From an uncultured Eubacteriales bacterium (lineage in GTDB: Bacteria; Bacillota; Clostridia; Lachnospirales; Lachnospiraceae), in assembly GCA_902796795.1 (NCBI GenBank), contig CADBQM010000304.1, forward strand, positions 1-45,899: a stretch of DNA of 45,899 nucleotides, written 5' to 3'. Position numbers and translations under genes: made by a program. Positions 42,622 to 45,899 of this stretch are shown here, piece after piece (the stretch's first letter is position 1; the number at the start of each line of letters is the position of its first letter). The notes beneath the pieces are model-generated. The model did not search any database. It had not been told where the DNA came from and worked only from the letters and a program-made list of their open reading frames with translations.

Positions 42622-44364
42622 TCACTGATCCTCATCAAGGTCAAATACGACGGTCTTAAAGCCATCCCGCTGGAAGATGGACGCATGTACATTCAGCGGC
42701 AGCTTGTCCAGCAGTTCCTTGCGGCTCTTCTTGGTGATCCCGCGTACAACGGCGTTCAGGCGGCTGCCCTCTTCCAGTTCGATCTCACCGTAGGCAAATT
42801 TGCCGAGCGCCTTGTATTCGGGTTTGTTGCTGAGCGGCGCAGGCAGGACGATGGAATGCATCTTTGCCTTTCCGCTGATCTCGTACCATTCGGTCTCGAG
42901 GCTGCCGCAGCTGTTGCAAGCATAGACCGGCGGGAACTCGACCGCGCCGCACTTCGGGCACTTCCGGCCCATGATCTTTCCTTCTTCCAGGAAATCGTAG
43001 AAGCCCTGGACGATCTTCTGCAGCTCGACCACGGACCCTTTCTTTTCTTCTGCCGGCGCCGGCGTGACTTCCCCGAGCGTGCGGATGATATAGGTGCAGA
43101 TGTTCTGCGCGCCGCCGTAGCCGCGGAGCATGGCCGTCTTCGGCAGCTTCTTCACCTGGCGTGCGCCGCACTCTCCGCGCATCTGTTTCACGGCCGCGTA
43201 AAGGTCCGCAAGGCCGGATGCCGCATGCGCGTGACCGAAGGAGGTGCGTCCGCCGTTCGTGTTGATGGGCTTGTCCCCGTCATAGGCCGTACGGCCTTCG
43301 CAGATGTACTTCCAGCCTTCGCCGTAGGGAAGGTAGCCCGCAATCTCTGCGGAAACAAGATGGGAGGTGATGATGAAGTCGTTGGCGTAGAAGAGGTCGA
43401 GCTCTTCCGGCTTCACACCGGTGACTTCGTAGACCTGGCGGACCGCCTCTTCGGTCGCCGTGACTTCAAAGTGCGGTGTGGTGGCTTCGCAGGCCGCACA
43501 GCCCGCGCCGAGCACTTCGATCGCCGGATGGGACTTATTGCCCATGTATTTGTCGACGAGCTCTGTCGCGCAGACGATCACCGCCGCGGCGCCGTCGCAC
43601 TTCAGCTCGATCCCGCTCATCCGGAGGAAGTCGCCGTTCCTGGGATTGTAGGGAGAACGCATGTAGTCCATGACGTCGTCATAGCCGGCTTTCTTTGCCA
43701 GTTCTTCATACGGCGTTCTTTCGATCGCCAGCTCGTCCATGACCGCGTTCCTGCGGTTGTTCAGACTCATGTGGATGAGGGTCTCGTCCATCTCCTCATC
43801 GGTCAGCCCGCGGGTACGCTTGTACCATTCCGCGGCATCGTCGTAGATCAGCTCCTGTCCTGCCATCAGGCTCCGCGTGTAATTACGGTCATAGAGCCAG
43901 GCTGTAGTCTGCAGGAACTTCTCCATGGTCATTTTTTCGCGCTTGTAGGGATGGTTGGGCACTGCCACGCTGTCGCCGAATTCCACACAGCCGGAAAGCA
44001 CACAGTTATACTTGCCGGAAGCGACGGCATTCACAGCCTGCTCGACTGCATAGTAGCCGGTGCAGCAGGCTTCGGAATGATGGATCGACGCCTTGCCCTT
44101 CATCCCGAACCAGTTCGCGATCTGGATATTCGGGGTCAGGTAATTGGAGCCATTCAGCGGGGATGCTTCACCATGGAAATAGAAATCAATGTCCTGCGGG
44201 TTTACCCCCGCGTCCTCCATGGCGGAAAGCGCCGCGTAGCCAAAGAGTTCACCTTCCGTCAGGCCGTTCGTTTCCGGCCGGTCGACGGTGTACATGAACG
44301 GGGTGCAGCCAACGCCGATGATCGACACGCTGCGGGAATAGGGATTCACCTTGGTCTGATTCAT
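42622..44364 (-). CDS. Fusion protein: SCP-x-type thiolase-like enzyme plus DUF35 (Zn ribbon/OB fold), 580 aa
   Basis: RBS GAGGAGGAGGA. Thiolase part: IIGVGCTPF, active-site Cys context HHSEACCTGY, NTNGGRTSFGHAHAASG. DUF35 part: a linker, then CPKCGAVEFPPVYACNSCG and an OB fold. It is the first gene after the AT-rich promoter region. Confidence 0.85.
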   Translation of the reverse strand: MNQTKVNPYSRSVSIIGVGCTPFMYTVDRPETNGLTEGELFGYAALSAMEDAGVNPQDIDFYFHGEASPLNGSNYLTPNIQIANWFGMKGKASIHHSEACCTGYYAVEQAVNAVASGKYNCVLSGCVEFGDSVAVPNHPYKREKMTMEKFLQTTAWLYDRNYTRSLMAGQELIYDDAAEWYKRTRGLTDEEMDETLIHMSLNNRRNAVMDELAIERTPYEELAKKAGYDDVMDYMRSPYNPRNGDFLRMSGIELKCDGAAAVIVCATELVDKYMGNKSHPAIEVLGAGCAACEATTPHFEVTATEEAVRQVYEVTGVKPEELDLFYANDFIITSHLVSAEIAGYLPYGEGWKYICEGRTAYDGDKPINTNGGRTSFGHAHAASGLADLYAAVKQMRGECGARQVKKLPKTAMLRGYGGAQNICTYIIRTLGEVTPAPAEEKKGSVVELQKIVQGFYDFLEEGKIMGRKCPKCGAVEFPPVYACNSCGSLETEWYEISGKAKMHSIVLPAPLSNKPEYKALGKFAYGEIELEEGSRLNAVVRGITKKSRKELLDKLPLNVHASIFQRDGFKTVVFDLDEDQ

Positions 44365-44416
44365 TCCTCCTCCTCATCGATAATAGTTTTTTCAGAAAAC
44401 AAATGTCTCCAACCGT

Positions 44417-44446
44417 ACAATAACAAATTAATTAAAAATATGTCAA
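44417..44446 (-). promoter_or_regulatory. Candidate sigma-A promoter of the minus-strand super-operon
   Basis: Minus strand: TTGACA (44446-44441), an 18-nt spacer, then TATTGT (44422-44417), about 50 nt upstream of the ATG at 44364. It lies in the only strongly AT-rich stretch of the window. Confidence 0.4.
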
Positions 44447-44522
44447 TATAGCAATTTTATAATTCTTTATTGAAGATTTTTGCTTTTTCGTTGACTTATA
44501 TTCGTAGGAAAATTTTTGCTTC

Positions 44523-44550
44523 TTGAGAAAAAAAATTGCTGATTTATAAT
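44523..44550 (+). promoter_or_regulatory. Candidate sigma-A promoter of the divergent MATE gene
   Basis: TTGAGA (44523-44528), a 16-nt spacer, then TATAAT (44545-44550), about 70 nt upstream of the ATG at 44622. Confidence 0.5.
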
Positions 44551-44621
44551 GGCTTCATTGCGTAAAACGTTTTCCGGATGAGACGGCCGGTCATCAGCAT
44601 CAGTATTACGGAAGGGGCCCC

Positions 44622-45899
44622 ATGAACACACCGGAGGAAGCATCCGTCAGGAGCAAAAAAGTATATATCACAAAGGACCGCAGTTTTTATAAAAGCCTGA
44701 TCCGCCTCGCGATCCCGATCATGCTCCAGAACATGATCACCTTCCTGGTCGGCTTCGCGGACCATCTGATGATCGGCCGGCTCGGCGATATCGTCGTCTC
44801 CGGCGTCTATATGGGCGGCCAGTTCCAGACCGTGCTCCAGATGTTCACGAGCGGCGTCGAGAGCGCGATCCTGATTCTCGCGGCGCAGTACTGGGGCATC
44901 CGCGACCTTCAGAGCATCAAAAAGATCAGCGCCATGGGCATGCGCTATTCGCTTGCCGCGGCAGCGCTTTTAAATCTGCTGGTCGTTCTTTTCCCGCGTT
45001 TCTTCCTCGGCCTGTTCACGAATGAAAAGGCCGTGATCGAAAGTGCGGTGAGCTATGTGCTGATCACAGCCTTCTCCTACGTCTTCTTTGCCGCCGCCCA
45101 GATGCTGATCGCGACGCTCCGCGCCGTAGAGAACGCGCGGCTCGGTTTCTACGTTTCGCTGGCGGCGCTCTTTATCAACGTTTCCCTGAACTATCTGTTC
45201 ATCTTCGGCGTTACGGTCGGCGGCAGGGAGATCCTGCCGGCGATGGGGATCCGCGGCGCAGCGATCGCGACCCTGATCTCGCGCATTGCCGAATTCCTGA
45301 TCGTCTTCATCTACACGCTGCGCGTTGAAAAGGTCCTGAAGCTGAAAGTTTGGGACTTCCTCCTGAAGGATCCGCTCCTCAGGAAGGACCTCATCCGCTA
45401 CGGGACGCCGGTACTTGCAGGCCAGCTCGTCTGGGCTGTCAACATGCTCGCCTACAGCAGCATCATGGGACACTTAAGCGCCGGCGCCGTGACCGCTTCC
45501 TCGATCGTCGGCCAGTTCGAGAGCCTGCTCCGGGTCGGGACCTTCGGCCTTTCCGCCGCACTCGGCATCATCACCGGGAAGACGGTCGGCGCGGGTCTCT
45601 TCGAAAAGATGAAGGAATATACCCGGACGGCGGAGATCCTCTTCCTCGTGATCGGACTCCTTTCCGGCCTGATCATCCACTTCATGGCCGCGCCTTTCAT
45701 CTCCCTCTACGACATCAGTGAAGAAGCCGTACAACACAGCCGCGACTTTTTCCGTGTCCTGACCTTCACCTACATCGGAACCAGCTGGCAGGCGACCTGT
45801 CTTTCCGGCCTTGTGAAGCCCGGCGGCGACACGGCTTTCGTCTTCAAGAACGACTCGATCTTCGTCTTCCTGGTCATGATCCCCGGCGGCATCCTGGCG
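44622..45899 (+). CDS. MATE family efflux transporter (C-terminus beyond the window)
   Basis: Absent from the track because there is no stop in the window. ATG at 44622 follows GAAGGGG, and 426 codons are open to the window end. MATE signature YKSLIRLAIPIMLQNMITFLVGFADHLMIGRLG, hydrophobic throughout. Confidence 0.85.
   Translation, partial: MNTPEEASVRSKKVYITKDRSFYKSLIRLAIPIMLQNMITFLVGFADHLMIGRLGDIVVSGVYMGGQFQTVLQMFTSGVESAILILAAQYWGIRDLQSIKKISAMGMRYSLAAAALLNLLVVLFPRFFLGLFTNEKAVIESAVSYVLITAFSYVFFAAAQMLIATLRAVENARLGFYVSLAALFINVSLNYLFIFGVTVGGREILPAMGIRGAAIATLISRIAEFLIVFIYTLRVEKVLKLKVWDFLLKDPLLRKDLIRYGTPVLAGQLVWAVNMLAYSSIMGHLSAGAVTASSIVGQFESLLRVGTFGLSAALGIITGKTVGAGLFEKMKEYTRTAEILFLVIGLLSGLIIHFMAAPFISLYDISEEAVQHSRDFFRVLTFTYIGTSWQATCLSGLVKPGGDTAFVFKNDSIFVFLVMIPGGILA

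Noticed and set aside
41349-44364. The idea that ACP plus a thiolase-like enzyme marks a fatty-acid or polyketide biosynthetic cluster.
   Set aside because: The window has no ketosynthase (FabF/FabH-type), malonyl transferase, ketoreductase, dehydratase, enoyl reductase, thioesterase or PPTase. The neighbours are catabolic (Pta, Buk, glycoside-cleaving enzymes).
44544-45737. Minus-strand ORFs of 73-167 aa (44544-44765, 44970-45473, 45452-45700, 45474-45737) and a plus-strand ORF at 45350-45721.
   Set aside because: They overlap, antisense or out of frame, the well-supported plus-strand MATE transporter that runs to the window end.
1-45899. A search for CRISPR arrays, tRNA/rRNA genes, IS elements, integrases, phage or defence-system genes, and long direct or inverted DNA repeats.
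   Set aside because: None was recognised by eye. The paralogous genes are diverged at the DNA level and no terminal inverted repeats or transposase-like ORFs were seen. A computational repeat or tRNA scan would be needed to be definitive.

Overview
GC-rich, Gram-positive (Clostridia-like) chromosomal segment with AGGAGG-type ribosome-binding sites. I saw no rRNA, tRNA, CRISPR array, transposase or integrase. Apart from a partial MATE gene at the right edge (+), every credible gene is on the minus strand. The long plus-strand ORFs in the track are antisense artefacts of GC-rich coding DNA.

The window is essentially one ~43 kb co-directional catabolic super-locus (about 1187-44364). From family-level motif recognition, I read it as an intracellular pathway for acylated plant polyphenol C-/O-glycosides. 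It contains:
- Two paralogous C-glycoside-deglycosidase-like pairs: a small DgpB/CarC-like beta subunit with a xylose-isomerase-fold DgpC/CarB-like alpha subunit.
- Three Gfo/Idh/MocA oxidoreductases, two of them DgpA-like paralogs, and one extra TIM-barrel isomerase/epimerase.
- A permuted GH3, a cytoplasmic GH5, and an LplABC-type ABC importer.
- Seven cytoplasmic alpha/beta hydrolases, four of them type-B carboxylesterase paralogs.
- An MFS transporter and two MATE transporters.
- An AraC regulator fused to a catalytically degenerate GH39-like domain.
- A flavodoxin-fold FMN reductase with a Cys cluster and a Zn ribbon.

Two modules look undescribed:
1. A translationally coupled two-subunit Fe-S flavoprotein (705 aa NuoG-N-terminus-like plus GltD-like; 927 aa degenerate NuoF-like plus 2x[4Fe-4S] plus fumarate-reductase/KstD-like FAD domain). 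It lies between the DgpA-like and DgpBC-like genes.
2. A thiolase::DUF35 fusion, an acyl carrier protein and a phosphotransacylase. A decayed second copy (frameshifted ACP stub, internally deleted thiolase, intact DUF35) sits next to butyrate kinase. I propose this is an ACP-dependent C-C cleavage route ending in substrate-level phosphorylation.

The locus carries several gene relics, which points to recent duplication and decay. An ECF sigma/anti-sigma pair with an ECF-type promoter lies at the left edge. All functional calls are by-eye motif and family recognition. No database search was run.
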